A stretch of DNA of 64,000 bases, from the NCBI RefSeq assembly GCF_009914755.1, contig NC_060938.1; one strand, written 5' to 3'. Shown here piece after piece: positions 1-13,500 of the stretch (its first letter is position 1; every line of letters begins with the position of its first letter). The translations under genes were made by a program, and so were the position numbers. A model generated the notes under the pieces. The model had not been told where the DNA came from and ran no database searches. It saw only the letters and a list, made by a program, of their open reading frames with translations. Origin of the DNA: the human T2T-CHM13v2.0 reference genome, Homo sapiens.

Positions 1-24
1 TTTTGCCTGATTTTAATTTTAAAA

Positions 25-290
25 ATCAGCTTTATTGAGATATAATTTTTGTATCATACAATTCACCCATTTGAAGCATATAATCCAATAGTTTTAAGTA
101 TGCTCATGGAGTTGTTATGATCACCACAATAAATTTTAGAACTTTTTTATCACATGAAAAAGAAACACAACCATTAGCAGTCATTTGCCATTTCTCCCCA
201 CCACATCATCTATCTTCTCCTCTCACAAATCCCTGCCTCCAGGCAGTCACTTATGTACTTTCTGTCTTTATATTTATGCTTATTTGGGAC
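25..290 (-). mobile_element. Ancient L1M (L1MB/L1ME-type) 3' end fragment
   Basis: Reverse-strand L1M 3' terminus motif 'cagctttattgagatataatt...catacaattcacccattt' followed by typical 3'UTR sequence; boundaries approximate. Confidence 0.7.
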
Positions 291-319
291 AACGTTTTAA
301 AATATTTCTCTTATCTGAC

Positions 320-2630
320 TGTAATTATATATTACTTGACCAACATCTCTCCTCCCCTCTAACCACTTATTCATCTGGTAACTATCATTCTAATTTCTAC
401 TTCTATGAGATCAGCATTTTTAGATGCCACAATATGAGTGAGATCACATGGTATTTGGCTTTCTCTGCCTGGTTCATTTTACTTAACATAATGTTCTCCA
501 GGTTCATCCATGTTATTGCCAATGAAAAGATTTTATTCTTTTTAATTTCTGAATAGTATTCCGTTGTATTTGTATACCACATTTGCTTTATCCATTCATC
601 TGTAAATAGGTACGTAGGTGGATTTCATATCTTGACTATTGTGAAAAGTGCTGCAAGAAACATAAGGGTACAGAGATCACTTTGACATACTGATTTCACT
701 TTCTTTAGATATATGCCCAGTAGTAGGACTGCTGTATGGTATGGTAGTTCTATTTTAATATTTTCAGGAACCTCTATACTGTTTTCCATAATGGCTATTT
801 TAATTTACATTTCCACCTTCTCTCCATATCTTTGCCAACATTTGTTACCTTTTATATTTTTGATGATAGCGTTTCTAATAAGTGGGAGACTACATCTCAC
901 TGTGGTATTGATTTGCATTTTTCTGATAATTAGTGATGTTGAGGATTTTTTCATATACCTGTTGGCCATTGGTATGAAATGCCTATTCAGGTATTTTGCC
1001 CATTTTTAAATTGGATTGTTTATTTTCTTGCTACTGAATTGTTTGGGTACTTTACAAATTTTAGATTTAACCTATTATCAGATGTATAGTTTGGAAATAT
1101 TTTCTCCCATTTTGTAGGTCGTGTCTCCACTTTGCTGGTCATTTCCTTTGCTCTGAAAAAGATTTCTGATTTGATGTAGTCTCATTTTTTCTATTTTTGG
1201 CTTTGTAGACTTTCTTTTGTAGTAAATTCCAATAAATTATTGCCTAAGCCTATATTATAAAACAATTCCCCTATGTTTTCTTCTAGAAGTTTTATATGTT
1301 CAGGTCTTAAAGTCTTTAATCCATTTTGAGTTGATTTTTGTATATGGTGAGAGATAAGCATGCAATTCATCTGCAAGTAGCTAGCCAGTTTTCATAACAC
1401 CATTTATTGAAAAGGTTGTCTTTTTCTCAGTGTATGTTCTTGGCACTTTTGTCATAAACTCGTTGCTTGTAAATGTGTTGATTTATTTCTGGGTTCTCTA
1501 TTCTGTTCTATTGGTCTAAGTGTCTGTTTTTATGCTGGTACCATGCTGTCTTGGTTACTACAGCTTTACGGAATGTTTTGAGTTCAGGTAGCGTGATGCC
1601 TTCAGCTCTGTTCTTTTGCTCAAGATTCCTTTAGCTATTCAGAGTCATTTGTGGTTCTGTATACATCTTTTCCATTTTCTGTATGATCATTTTCTCCATT
1701 TCATTTCTGTGAAAAATGTCATTAGCATTTTCAGAGAGGTTACACTGTAGATTGCTTTAAGTAGTATGAACACATTTACAATATTAATTATTCTAGTTCA
1801 TGAACAAGTAATACTTCCCTGTTTATTTGTATCTTCAATTTTTCCATCAGTGTTTTATAGTTTTCATTGTAGACGTCTTTCACTTCATCATTTAAAATTG
1901 TTAGCTATTTTACATATTTGTCGCTATCGAAATGGGATCGCTTTTTCCTGATTTCTTTTTCAGACAGTTTGTTATTAACACATAGAAACACTACTGATTT
2001 TTGTATGTTTATTTTGTATCATGGAACTGTATTGAATTTGTTTATTAGTTATAATAGCTTTTAACTGGAGTCTCTTAGGTTCTTTGTATATATGTCATCT
2101 ACAAACAGGGACAGCTTAACTTCCTCCTATCTAATTTAGATGACTTTTATTTCTTTATCTTGCCTAGTTACTCTGGCTAGGACATTCAGTACAGTGCTGA
2201 GTAGAAGTAGTGGAAATGGACATTATGGTCTTGTTCCAGAACTCAGAGGAAAAGCTTTAATGTTTCCTTGTTCAATGTGATGTTAGCTGTGGGTTTGTCA
2301 TGTATAGCCTTTATTGTGTTGAGGTACATTTCTTCTGTTTCTAATTTTTGAAGGTTTGTATTATAAAGGCATGTTGAATTGTGTCAAATACTTTTTCTGA
2401 TTCTATTGAAATGATTATATAGTTTTTGTCCTTCATTCTGTTAATGCTATGTATCATGTTTTTCAATCAGTGTATGTTGAATTATCCTTGGATTCAGGGG
2501 TGCATCTCATTTGATTATGGTGAATGACTTTCTCAATGTGCTGTTGAATTTGGCTTGCTAATATTTTATTAGAATAATTTTTGGATCTATGTTCACCAGA
2601 GACATTGACTTATAGTTTTATTTGTTGTTC
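320..2630 (-). mobile_element. Old L1MA-type LINE-1, 3'UTR plus 3' half of ORF2, degraded
   Basis: 3'UTR motifs ('tatgagtgagatcacatggtatttg...ctggttcattttacttaacataatg'); minus-strand ORF 1191-1376 gives ORF2-like 'LRPEHIKLLEENIGE'; continuous ORF2 antisense to about 2630. Confidence 0.85.
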
Positions 2631-2639
2631 CCTTGTCAG

Positions 2640-2890
2640 ATTTAGTACTTTTGTCTAATATTAATTTAGCTAATCTAGCTTTCTTTTGGCTAGTACTAGC
2701 ATAGCATATCCTTTTCATCCTTTAATTTTAAATATATTTGTGCTTTTGCATTTAAATTTGGTTTCCTATATGTATCATGTAGTTGGCTTTTACCTTTTTA
2801 TCTACCATGACAATTTTTGCGTTTTAATTGGACTCTTTATAACTTTATATTTAATGTAATTATTTACACATTTAGGTGTGATAACCTGGT
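2640..2890 (-). mobile_element. Ancient L1M ORF2 (endonuclease region) fragment
   Basis: 'ttttgtctaatattaatttagctaatctagctttcttttggctagtact' is typical antisense L1M EN-region sequence. Confidence 0.6.
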
Positions 2891-3900
2891 GTTCTATCTT
2901 CTATCAGGAGAATAACCACCATAATTTCAGTGTAGAGGAGAAAGTTAGAAGCAGTGTTAGAAAAGAGATAGCTTAACTGACATGCTGGTAACAAAACAAG
3001 ACTGATGTGTGCTTATGTGTTTTTGATTTAAATAAACTTTTATTTTATTATTTATTTATTTTAGTTTAGTTTAGATTCAGGAGTATATCTGCAAATTTAC
3101 TATATAGACAAATTATATGTCTTAGGGGTTTGGTGTACATATTATGTTGTCACCAGGTAATAAGCGTAGCACTCAATAGGTACTTTTTGATCCCAACCCT
3201 CCTCCCACCCACCACCCTCTAGTAGGCCTGGGTGTCTACTGTTCTCTCCTCTATGTCCATAAACTAGGCATTGAATAATAAGAGCCATCCATGCAAAACC
3301 CACAACCGATATCATACTGAATGGGCAAAAGACGGAAGTATTTATCTTGAGAACCAGAACAAGGTAAGGATGCCCACTCTTAGCACTCCTGTTCAACATA
3401 GTACTGGAAGTCCTAGCCAGAGAAATTAGGCAAGAAAAAGAAATAAAAGGCATCCAAATAGGAAGAGAGGAGGTCACACTATCTCCGTTTGCTAATGATA
3501 TAATTTTATACCCAGAAAACCCCATAGTTTTAGCCTAACAGCTGCTAGACCTGACAAAAAAACTTCAGCAACGTTTCTGGAGATGAAATCAATGTATTAA
3601 ATCAGTAACATTTCTATGCACTGATAGTGCCAAATCAAGAATGTAATCCCATTCAAAATAGCCACACCAAATAAATAAATAAATAAATAATAAAATATGT
3701 AGGAATTCAGCTAAGTAGGCAGGTGAAAGATCTCTACAAGAATGACAAACTACTTCTGAAAGAAATCAGAGATGACACAAACAAATGGAAAAACATTCTA
3801 TGCTCATACATAAGAAGAATCGATATTTTTAAAATGACCATACTCCCCAAAGCAATTTACAAATTCAGTGCTATTCCTATAAAACTATCAATGACATTCT

Positions 3901-5367
3901 TTTTTTAATTTTCATTATACTTTAAGTTCTAGGGTACATGTGCACAATGTGCAGGTTTGTTACATAGGTATACATGTGCCATGTTGGTTTGATGCATTCA
4001 TTAACTCATCATTTACATTAGGTATTTCTCCTAATGCTATCCCTCCCCCAGCCCCCCACCACCCGACAGGCTCTGTGTGTGATGTTCCCCACCCTGTATC
4101 CACGTGTTCTCATTGTTCAACTCCGACCTATGATGAGAACATGCAGTGTTTGGCTTTCTATCCTTGTAATAGTTTGCTTAGAATGATGGTTTCCAGCTTC
4201 ATCTATATCCCTGGAAAGGACATGAACTCATCCATTTTTATGGCAGCTTAGTATTCCATGGTGCATATGTACCACATTTTCTTAATCCAGTCTATCAATG
4301 ATGGACATTTGGGTTGGTTCTAAATCTTTGCTATTGTAAATAATGCTGCAATAAAGATAGCTGTCCATGTGTCTTTATAGTAGCATGATTTATAATCCTT
4401 TGGGCATATATCCAGTAATGGGATTGCTGGGTCAAATGGTATTTCTAGTTCTAGATCCTTGAGGAATCGCCACACTGTCTTCCACAATGGTTGAACTAAT
4501 TTACACTCCCACCAACAGTGTAAAAGCATTCCTAATTCTCCACATCCTCTCCAGCATCTGTTGTTTCCTGACTTTTTAATGATTGCCATTCTAAGTGGCA
4601 TGAGATGGTATCTCATTGTGTTTTTTAATTGCATTTCTCTGACCACCAGTGATGATGAGCATTTTTTCATATGTCTGTTGGTTGCATAAATGTCTTATTT
4701 TGAGAAGTGTCTGTTCATATCCTTTGTCCACTTTTTGATGGGGTTGTTTGTCTTTTCTTGTAAATTTGTTTAATTTCTTTGTAGATTCTGGATATTAGCC
4801 CTTTGTCAGATGGGTAGATTGCAAAGATTTTCTCCCATTCTGTTGGTTGCCTGTTCACTCTGATGATAGTTTCTTTTGCTATGCAGAAGCTCTTTAGTTT
4901 AATTAGATTCCGTTTGTCAATTTTGGCTTTTGTTTCCATTGCTTTTGGTATTTTAGTTATGAAGTCTTTGCCCATGCCTACGTCCTGAATGGTATTGCCT
5001 AGGTTTTCTTCTAGGATTTTTATGCTGTTATGTCTTACATTTAAGTCTTTAATCCATCTTCAGTTAATTTTTGTATGTGGTGTAAGGAAGGGATCCAGTT
5101 TCAGCTTTCTATATATGGCTAGCCAGTTTTTCCAGCACCATTTATTAAATAGGGAATCCTTTCCCCATTTCTTGTTTTTGTCAGGTTTTTCAAAGATCAG
5201 ATGGTTGTAGATGTGTGGCATTATTTTTGAGGCCTCTGTTCTGTTCCATTGGTCTATATATCTGTTTTTGTACCAGTACCATGCTGTTTTGGTTACTGTA
5301 GCCCTGTAGTATAGTTTAAAGTCAGGTAGCATGATGCCTTCAGCTTTGTTCTTTTTGCTTAAGATTG
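3901..5367 (-). mobile_element. 5'-truncated L1PA (about L1PA7-like) nested in the inverted L1
   Basis: T-tail plus 'attatactttaagttctagggtacatgtgcac' 3' end; minus ORFs 4320-4670, 4715-4975 and 5060-5332 are the ORF2 C-terminus ([15 protein letters not shown]); 15-bp TSD tatcaatgacattct (3886-3900) / taccaatggcattct (5368-5382). Confidence 0.93.
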
Positions 5368-5645
5368 TACCAATGGCATTCTTTGTAGAATTGGAACGAA
5401 GAAACTATTCTAATATTTGTAGGAACCAAAAACAGCCCAAATAGCCAGAGCAATCCGAGGAAGAAAAAAAAAAAAGCTGAAGGCACATTACCTGACTTCA
5501 AGCTATATTGCAAAGCTACACTAAACAAAATAGATAATACTGGTACAAAAAGAGACACAAAGACCAATGAAATATAATAGAGAACCCAGAAATAAATCCA
5601 CATACCTACAACCATCTGATCTTTGACAAAATTGACAAAAACAAG

Positions 5646-6050
5646 TGTATTAGTCTCTCCTTGCATTGCTATAAAGAAATACCTAAGACTGGGTAATTTA
5701 TATAGAAAAGGGGTTCAATTGGCTCACAGTTCTGCAGGCTTACAGCAAGAATAGCTTCTGGGGAAGCCTCAGGAAATTATGATTCATGGTGAAAGGTGAA
5801 GGGGAAGCCAGCACATTTTACAAGGCCAGGGGAGAAGGAAAAGAGAGAGGATGGAGGTACTACACATTTTAAGCAACTAGATCTCATGAGAACTCACTCT
5901 CTATATGGTACCAAAGGGAGCTGGTGGTAAACCATTTATTAGAATTCCACCCCCATGGTCAAATTGCCTCCCACCATGCCCTACCTTCAACATTGGGGAT
6001 TACAATTCTACACGGAATTTGGGTGGGGACATAGATCTAATCCATTTTAA
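5646..6050 (-). mobile_element. MaLR solo LTR, MSTA-like
   Basis: Begins 'tgtattagtc...cattgctataaagaaatacctaagactgggtaatttat', ends 'gggtggggacatagatctaatcca'; interrupts the L1 ORF2 between 'gacaaaaacaag' and 'caatgg'. Confidence 0.9.
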
Positions 6051-6307
6051 CCAACAATGGAGAAAAAACTCTTTTATTCAATAAATGGTGCTGGAAGAAC
6101 TGGCTAGCCATATGCAGAAGATTGAAGCTAGACCTCTTCCTTATACCACATTAAAAAATCAACTCAACATCGTTTAAAGACTTACAGGTAAAACCTAAAA
6201 CTATAAAAACCCTTGAAAAAAACCTAGGAAATACCATTCTAGACATAGGCTGTGACAAAGCTTTTAATACAGACAAGCCAAAAGCAATTGCAACAAAAAC
6301 AAAAATT

Positions 6308-6400
6308 GGCTTGAGGCCAGGAGGTCGAGGCTGCAATGAGTCAAAATCATGACACTGCTCTCCAGCCTGGAGGACAGAGCAAGACCGGTCTCAAACAAAA
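6308..6400 (+). mobile_element. 5'-truncated AluJ/FRAM right-arm fragment
   Basis: 'cttgaggccaggaggtcgaggctgcaatgag...ctccagcctgg...gtctcaaacaaaac'; flanked by aaacaaaaattg / aaacaaagttg. Confidence 0.8.
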
Positions 6401-7391
6401 CAAAACAAAGTTGACAAATGGAATCTAATTAAACTGAAGAGCTCCTTCACAGCAAAAGAAACTATGAACAGAGTAAATAGACAATCCACACAACGGGAGA
6501 AAATATTTGAAAACTACGCATCTGACAAATATCTAATATCCAGAATATGTAGAAAATGTAAACAAATTAACAAGCAAAAACCAAACAACCCCATTAAAAA
6601 GTGCGAAAAAAGATAATAACAGACACTTTTCAGAAGACGATATACACATGGCCAACAAGCATATGGAAAAGGGCTCAAAATCACTAAACATTGAAGAAAT
6701 GAAAATCAAAACCACAATGAGATACTATCTTACACAATTCAGAATGGCTATTACTAAAAAAGCCAAAAAATAACATGCTGGAGAGACTGTGGAGATAAGG
6801 TAATGTTTATACACTGCTGGTGACAATTTACATCATTTCATCCACTGTGGAAAGCAGTTTGGTGATTCCTCAAAGAACTTAAAAATGAACTACTATTCAA
6901 CCCAGCAATCCCATTAGTGTGTATATCCAGAGGAATATAAATTGTTCTACCATAAAGACACATGCATGTGTATATTCATCACACATAACAATTTGTGATT
7001 CACAATAACAAAAACATGGAATCAACCTAAATGCCCATCCATGGTAGACTGGATAAAGAAAATGTGGTACATCCACATCATGGAATACTACACAGCCATA
7101 AAAAGAATAAGATAATTTCCTTTGAAGCAATATAGATAGAGCTGGAGGTCATTAACCTAAGTGAACTGATGCAGGAACAGAAAACATAACACTGTATATT
7201 AAAACTCTTAAGTGGAAGCTAAACACTGAGTATAAATAAATTATTTAAAATTTTCTCTTTTGCTACATTGTTTTCTAAATTTAGTTCAACTCAAAATACT
7301 TCTTACTTCAAATACATCCTTGAAATACTCTTGGGCACATTCAATAAATACTAAGAATGCCAAAAAATATAGAAAATAAGCTTCAGTTATC

Positions 7392-7474
7392 ATACATAAC
7401 ATTTTATACATAACGTAGAGCATTTTATACATAACATAGAATTATACATAACATAGAATTATACATAACATTTT
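7392..7474. repeat. Short minisatellite, five copies of core atacataac (14-21 bp spacing)
   Basis: Core at 7392, 7406, 7427, 7444 and 7461; the last units have an exact 17-bp period. Confidence 0.85.
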
Positions 7475-9939
7475 TGTACACTTTCTGGTCTAGTATAATG
7501 CCATTGTCATACTACACAAATTTTTCCATTTTCACATATAATTTATATTATACATATTGTATTAGTAGTGTACTCAACATTAAAAATGTGTTTGGATTAT
7601 ATTTCACGTACAATGTGTGTGTTGTCTCTCTAATTGAGTGTGTAAATTGACACACTGTTAAGTTCAAAGTATTATCTAATATCTTTGTCATAAGTACATT
7701 GTCAGGTTTCTGAATACATGCATACCAAGGGAAATATTATATAGGCATTTAGCAAATTGGCAAAGATTTTAAAAATTCAAAATTCAGTACCTTCAATAGA
7801 ATGAATTTCCTTAATTCATTTAATTTTAATAACATTATTTCCAAATTTGATTTGAAGATATGGATCAGGTATAGTTTAAATAACTTAGAGAAAAATATAA
7901 AACATGAAAGATGAAGTCTGGAACACAAAAATTTGTCAGCTGCATTTCTTGTCATCAAGATCATATGACTAATAAGATAGCCACCAAGAACATATTTGTA
8001 TGGGTTAAACGTATATAGTAAAATGTAGGAAAAGCTTATATCCTTATACAGAATATAAACACACACAAACTCATCCTGAAATATATTAAGCATTATTGAT
8101 TTTATTTTTTTAGCACTACACTTATTTTGATATGAAAACAAATACTCCTTGTGCTTACTTTGAGATTATTAAAATAGTTTATTTATTGTCTGATGGTCTC
8201 TTTTATTTTTACACTACACATCTTTTTACTTGCATGCTTGGATTTCCAATACTCTTCCTTATGAATATAAATCAAATATGTTAAATATGTCCCACAGAAA
8301 CCTAAAGGTATTTTCACCTCTAACTCTTTGCAATGACCCCTGCTTATTGGTAGATATATTGTTGCTGACTTCACTATTTTAGTTCTGACAGCCAAAGTAT
8401 AAATCCTTTTGAGAACATTTGCTTTAAGAGAGAAGAAAATCCCCTGTTCTTGGAATATGCTCTGTAGGTAAGACTCATGTTGTTCCTCTCTCTGATGACT
8501 TTTATAGTTGATCACATCTTTCAAGTTACCTCTTCTTTGAATGTTAGCTTTTCTAAAAATAGTCTCTACTTTCTGAAACATAATTTATTACTGGAAACTT
8601 CAGATAAAATTGAAATTTTGTAACTCTAACTATAATGGAAAACTTTTGTTTATTTGCTACCTTTTGCCAGTATCTGCAAGGGCACTTTTTCTGTGGCTTA
8701 AATAAAATTTCTACAGGAAAATTCAAATTTCTGCCCTGTTATTATTTAAAAACATGTTGTGTTTTCTTTTGTTCTTGGATATCTCAAATTTTTTACTTAA
8801 AATAGCACATGAAAAATTAGCTCTCTCTAACTCTCTTCATATCCTAACTATAATATGAGCAGTTCTGCCTTAGCCTTTTTGAAATCCAATTAATATTAAT
8901 CACGCTATAATGTAAACTTCATTTGAAAATATTGTCTTACTTCAATTAGTAATGTACCATTATTATCTTGGTCTACTCAATTATGTTTCCCAATATAGAG
9001 TTTATACTATTAAATGCATTATCTTTGGAATTGAGGTGACTGACTTTCTTTCTTTACACCCTCAATCTCTTTCCTTTTTACTGAGTATTACTGTAAAAAT
9101 AATCTTTATTTTTATAAGTTTTTTAGTCATCACATTCTTGATTATAAACTTCTGAAGTGTATTTATGTAACAGATTGCATGTTTGAGACACCAAATCATC
9201 AATGCCTTTCCTTCTACCTTCGGTGAATATGTGTTAAAGACTGATTGTTTAATAGAGCTACCTGAAAGTTAAATTAACTTATTTAATGTTTCTCTTTACA
9301 TATTTATCAGATATTAATCAATGAAATTACCGGTTTTTTTTCCCAAACACATATATTGAGAATGTGACTGGCACTATGAAAACATAATCATTGCTTTAAC
9401 ATAATTGACATTCTGAGCTTTGCTTTGAAGGCAACTCAAATCTCTCTTTGAAAGCATCAGTGTTAGAACCATGGAATAATACCTATATTGCCTCTGAAAT
9501 TTTGGAAATTTAATTTTCTCTTTATATACCATCTTTTTTGTAGCTATTGCTTTTGTTTCAGTTTATTGGTTCTTGTGCATGTTCAATTACTAAAAATTAT
9601 TCATAAGAGGTAATAATGTATATCCATCAATGAGAACACAACAAATAACATAATATAATAAAATAAATAGGCATCAGTATACAAGGCAATTCAATGAACT
9701 GGAAAAGAATATGGATATCAGCATATTCCAATCTAACTTTTAATCAGAAAAGTGCAGACGAAAACAAATGTGTGTCATGTATAGTTTCAGTCTAATTATG
9801 TCTCCAAAAGCTCAGGCTTGTGCACCAAATGCTTATTAAAAATCAATATTGACTATCTCACAGGTATCCCATCAGATATTCTACTAATTCTGCTTTAAAA
9901 GAAAAGAGTCTCAGTAACTGGGAACAATATCTTTCTAAC

Positions 9940-10580
9940 TCTACCTCTTTAAATCTCCACTGCCATTATCAGATTCAAAAAACTTTTATCTCTTACTTAT
10001 ACCACCGTCTCTAAGTCAGGTTCCCCAAATCTCATATCAGTATAACTGTTCTGCTGTAGTTTTTGCACCACAGTAAGAAATGTAGACTTTTATTTCTTAA
10101 GTTACATTCAGATAACATCACTACCAGGATTACTAGTTAAAAACCTTAATGCTCTCCCACTGCCTTCAAGGCATGCCCCCAAACACCTTACCACTGTTTC
10201 AGGTCCTCCATGATTTGCCTCTGCTTCCCTCTATAGGCACAATCTTATTTCCCTGTTCAATCTCTTGAATGCATGACTTTCTGTCTTTACTTCTAAACTT
10301 TGAAACAATCTACTACTTCTGTTTAGAACACTCATCACCATCTACCTTTAACATTTCATTTGATATGTAATTTATTCTGGGAGATTTTCACATTTTAGAT
10401 GAGATCACAAATTATCTACTGCCTCCACTCATAGCATTTCTCTGAAGACAACGCTCACTACACTTTCTTATGATAAGTATAAAAATGTTTGACTTTCCTT
10501 TAAGAAGCATTATGAGGGATGAAGTAAGCAATACTCTTTGCTCATAGCTGTATTCCCCAACAAACTTCTGTACTTTCAGA
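9940..10580 (+). mobile_element. L2 3' region, highly degraded
   Basis: L2-like motifs 'aaaaccttaatgctctcccactgcc', 'ggtcctccatgatttgcctctgctt' and 'gctgtattcccca'. Confidence 0.55.
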
Positions 10581-10597
10581 TTCATAATATAAAAGCA

Positions 10598-13500
10598 GGG
10601 TGTGGGGGTAAAGATGGCCAATTAGAAGTAGCTGCAGTGCATGGCACTCACTGAGAAGAAAGAAAGGGGTGAGTGAATACAGCACCTTCAACTGAAATAT
10701 CCAGGTACTTGCATTGGGAAAAATCAGGGAAACTACTCAACTCACAGAGACAAAGAAAAGCAAGGTGGGGCAATAGCCCACCAGGGAGCAACATGGAACC
10801 AAGCGAACTGCCAGCCAAGGGAAGTGATGAGTGAATGTGTGACCCAGGGGGAAAACCATGCTTCTCCCTCAGATCTTTGCAACCCATGAATCAGGAGATC
10901 TCCTGGTGAACTCACACCATCAGGGCCTCAGGTCAGACACACACAGCTGTGTGGAGTCTCAGCAGAGCAGCTACTCAGACTTGCACAGAGACCTAGGAGC
11001 TTTACATAGTCCCTCCCTGGGATCCCTGGCAAAGGTGGCTATAACTCAGGCAAGGCAGGAGGTCCACATATACCCCTAGGAATGGGACTGAATCCAGGGG
11101 ACTGAGCTATATCAGTCTGTGGGTCCCACTTCCATGGCACCTCACAAAATAAGACCCACTGGCTTGGAATTTCAACCAGCCACTGGCAACAAGGTGGAGC
11201 CTGCCATGAGATGGGATAGAGCCCCCAAGGGGGATGAGTGGGCCACTATTTATTTGTCTCAGTCATTCCAGCCTGCAGGATTTGAAGGGTCCAAATGGTC
11301 TGGACGAGGAAGTGTCTCCACAGCACAGCACAGCTGCCTTGCCAGAATGTGGCCACATTGCTTCTATAAGTGGTGCCCTGATCTGCTCTTCCTCACTGGG
11401 TGAGTCCTCCCAGCCAGGCCTCTAGCCACCCCCACCCACTTGTATTCTGTGGACTGAGCTCTGATTTCTCCCTGGGACAGTGCCTAGGAGAGGGACAGGC
11501 CTCCGTCTTTACTGTTTGGGCAACTCAACCACTCCGTCCTTCAGGCTTTAGAGAGTCCAAACTGATCAGAGGCTGCAGGGATCCCCAACACAAAACAGCT
11601 GCTCTAACAAAACGCAGCCAGACTGCTTCTTTAAGCAGGTTCTGATCCCATTTTTCCTGCCTGGGAACTCCCAACTGGGGTCTCCAGCCACCTCCTTAGG
11701 TGTATTTGGTGGGGCAACAGGTCAGTATCCCCCTGGGAGAGAGCTTCCAGAGGAAGTGGCAAGCTGCCATCTTCGCTGTTTCACAGTCTTCACTGGTGAT
11801 ATCTCCAGGTACTGAAAAAAACAAGGTGACTAGTGTCTGGTGTGGACCCCCAGGAAAATGCAGCAGCCTTACGGAAGAGTGGCCAGACTTTTAAAAGAAA
11901 AACAAGCAAACAAAAAAAACAACAACAAACACAAAAACTCCATCCAAAGGTCAGAAACCTCAAGGATCAAAGGTAGATAAGCCCACAAAGTTGAGAAAAA
12001 ATCAGTACAAACATGCTAAAAACTCAAAAAGCCAGAGTGTCCCCTTTCTACAAAATGACTGCAACACCTCTCCAGCAATGGTTCAGAACTGGGCTGAGGC
12101 TGAGATGGCTGAAATGACAGAACTAGGCTTCAGGATGTGGATAACAATGAACTTTGCTAACCTAAAGGAGCACATTGTAACTCAATGCAAGGAAGCTAAG
12201 AATCACAATAAAACAATGCAGAAGCTGACAGCCAAAATAGCCAGAATAGAGAGAAACAGAACCTAGCAGATAGAGATGAAAAGCATGCTACAAAAATATC
12301 ACAATGCAATCACAAGTGTTAATAGCAGAACAGACCAAGTGGAGGAAAGAATATCAGAGCTTGAAGACTATCTTTATGAAACAAGGAAGGCATGAATAGA
12401 AAAGGAAAAAGTATGAAAAGGAATGAACAAAACCTATGAGAAATGTGGAATTAGGAAGAGACAAAATCTATGACTGATTGAGATACCTGAAAGAGACAGG
12501 CAGAATGGAACAAATTTGAGAAACACGTTTCAGTAAATCATCCAGAGAACCTCCTTAACCTAGCTAGGCAGGCCAACTTTTAAATTCAGGAAATGCAGAG
12601 AACTCCAGTAAGAAACTCCACAAGAAGATCATTCCCAAGACACATAACCATCAGATTCTCCAAGGTCTAAAACAAAGAAAAAATGTTAAGGGCAGCCAGA
12701 GAGAAAGGCCAGGTCATCTACAAATGGAAGCCCATCAGACTAACAGAGGACCTCTCAGCAGAAAACCTGCAAGCCAAAAGAGTTTGGGGCCAATATTCCA
12801 CATTCTTAAAGAAGCTTAGTTTGGCCTAAAATTTCATATCTGGCCAAACTCAGCTTTATAAGAGTAGAAATAAGATCTTTTTCAGACAAGCAAGTGCTTA
12901 GGGAATATTTTGCCACCAGACCTGCCTTACAAGAGCTCCTAAAGAAAGCACTAAATATGGAATGGAAAAACTGTTGCCAGCCATTACCAAAATGCACTGA
13001 AGTACACAGACCAGTGACACTGTGAAGCAGCCACATAAACAAGTCTGCAAAATAACCAGCTAGCATCACGATGACAGGATCAAATCCACACATAACAATA
13101 GTAACTTTAAATGTAACTAAGCTAAATGCCCCAGTTAAAAGACAGAGATTGGCAAGCTAGATAAAGAGCCAATACCAATTGGTATGCTGTCAAGAGACGC
13201 ATCTCACATGCAAAGACACATGCAGGCTCAAATCAAGGGATGGAAGAAAATCTACCAAGCAAATAGAAAATGGAAAAAAAGCAGTGATCACAATCCTAGC
13301 TTTAAACCAAAAAAGATCAAAAAAGACAAAGAAGTAATGGTAAAGGGTTCAATTCAACAAGAAGAGCTGACTATCCTAAATATATACATACCCAATACAG
13401 AAGCACCCAGATTTATAAAGCAAGTTCTTAGAGACCTTCAAAGAGACTTAGACTCCCACACAATAACAGTAGGAGACTTTAACACCCTACTTACAATATT

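Larger units (their letters stand above)
3037..7232 (-). mobile_element. 5'-inverted (twin-primed) old primate L1, L1PA15/16- or L1PB-like
   Basis: 3037-3260 is the T-rich tail and 3'UTR on the minus strand, ending at 'tatgtccat'. 3261-7232 is ORF2 on the plus strand, ending at 'gctaaacactgagta', which directly precedes 'atggaca' in the L1 3'UTR. Candidate TSD taaataaa at 3029-3036 and 7233-7240. Confidence 0.85.

Noticed and set aside
7749-8581. Two 130-aa minus-strand ORFs in unique DNA
   Set aside because: Composition reflects AT-rich DNA, with no recognisable domain and no supporting gene structure.
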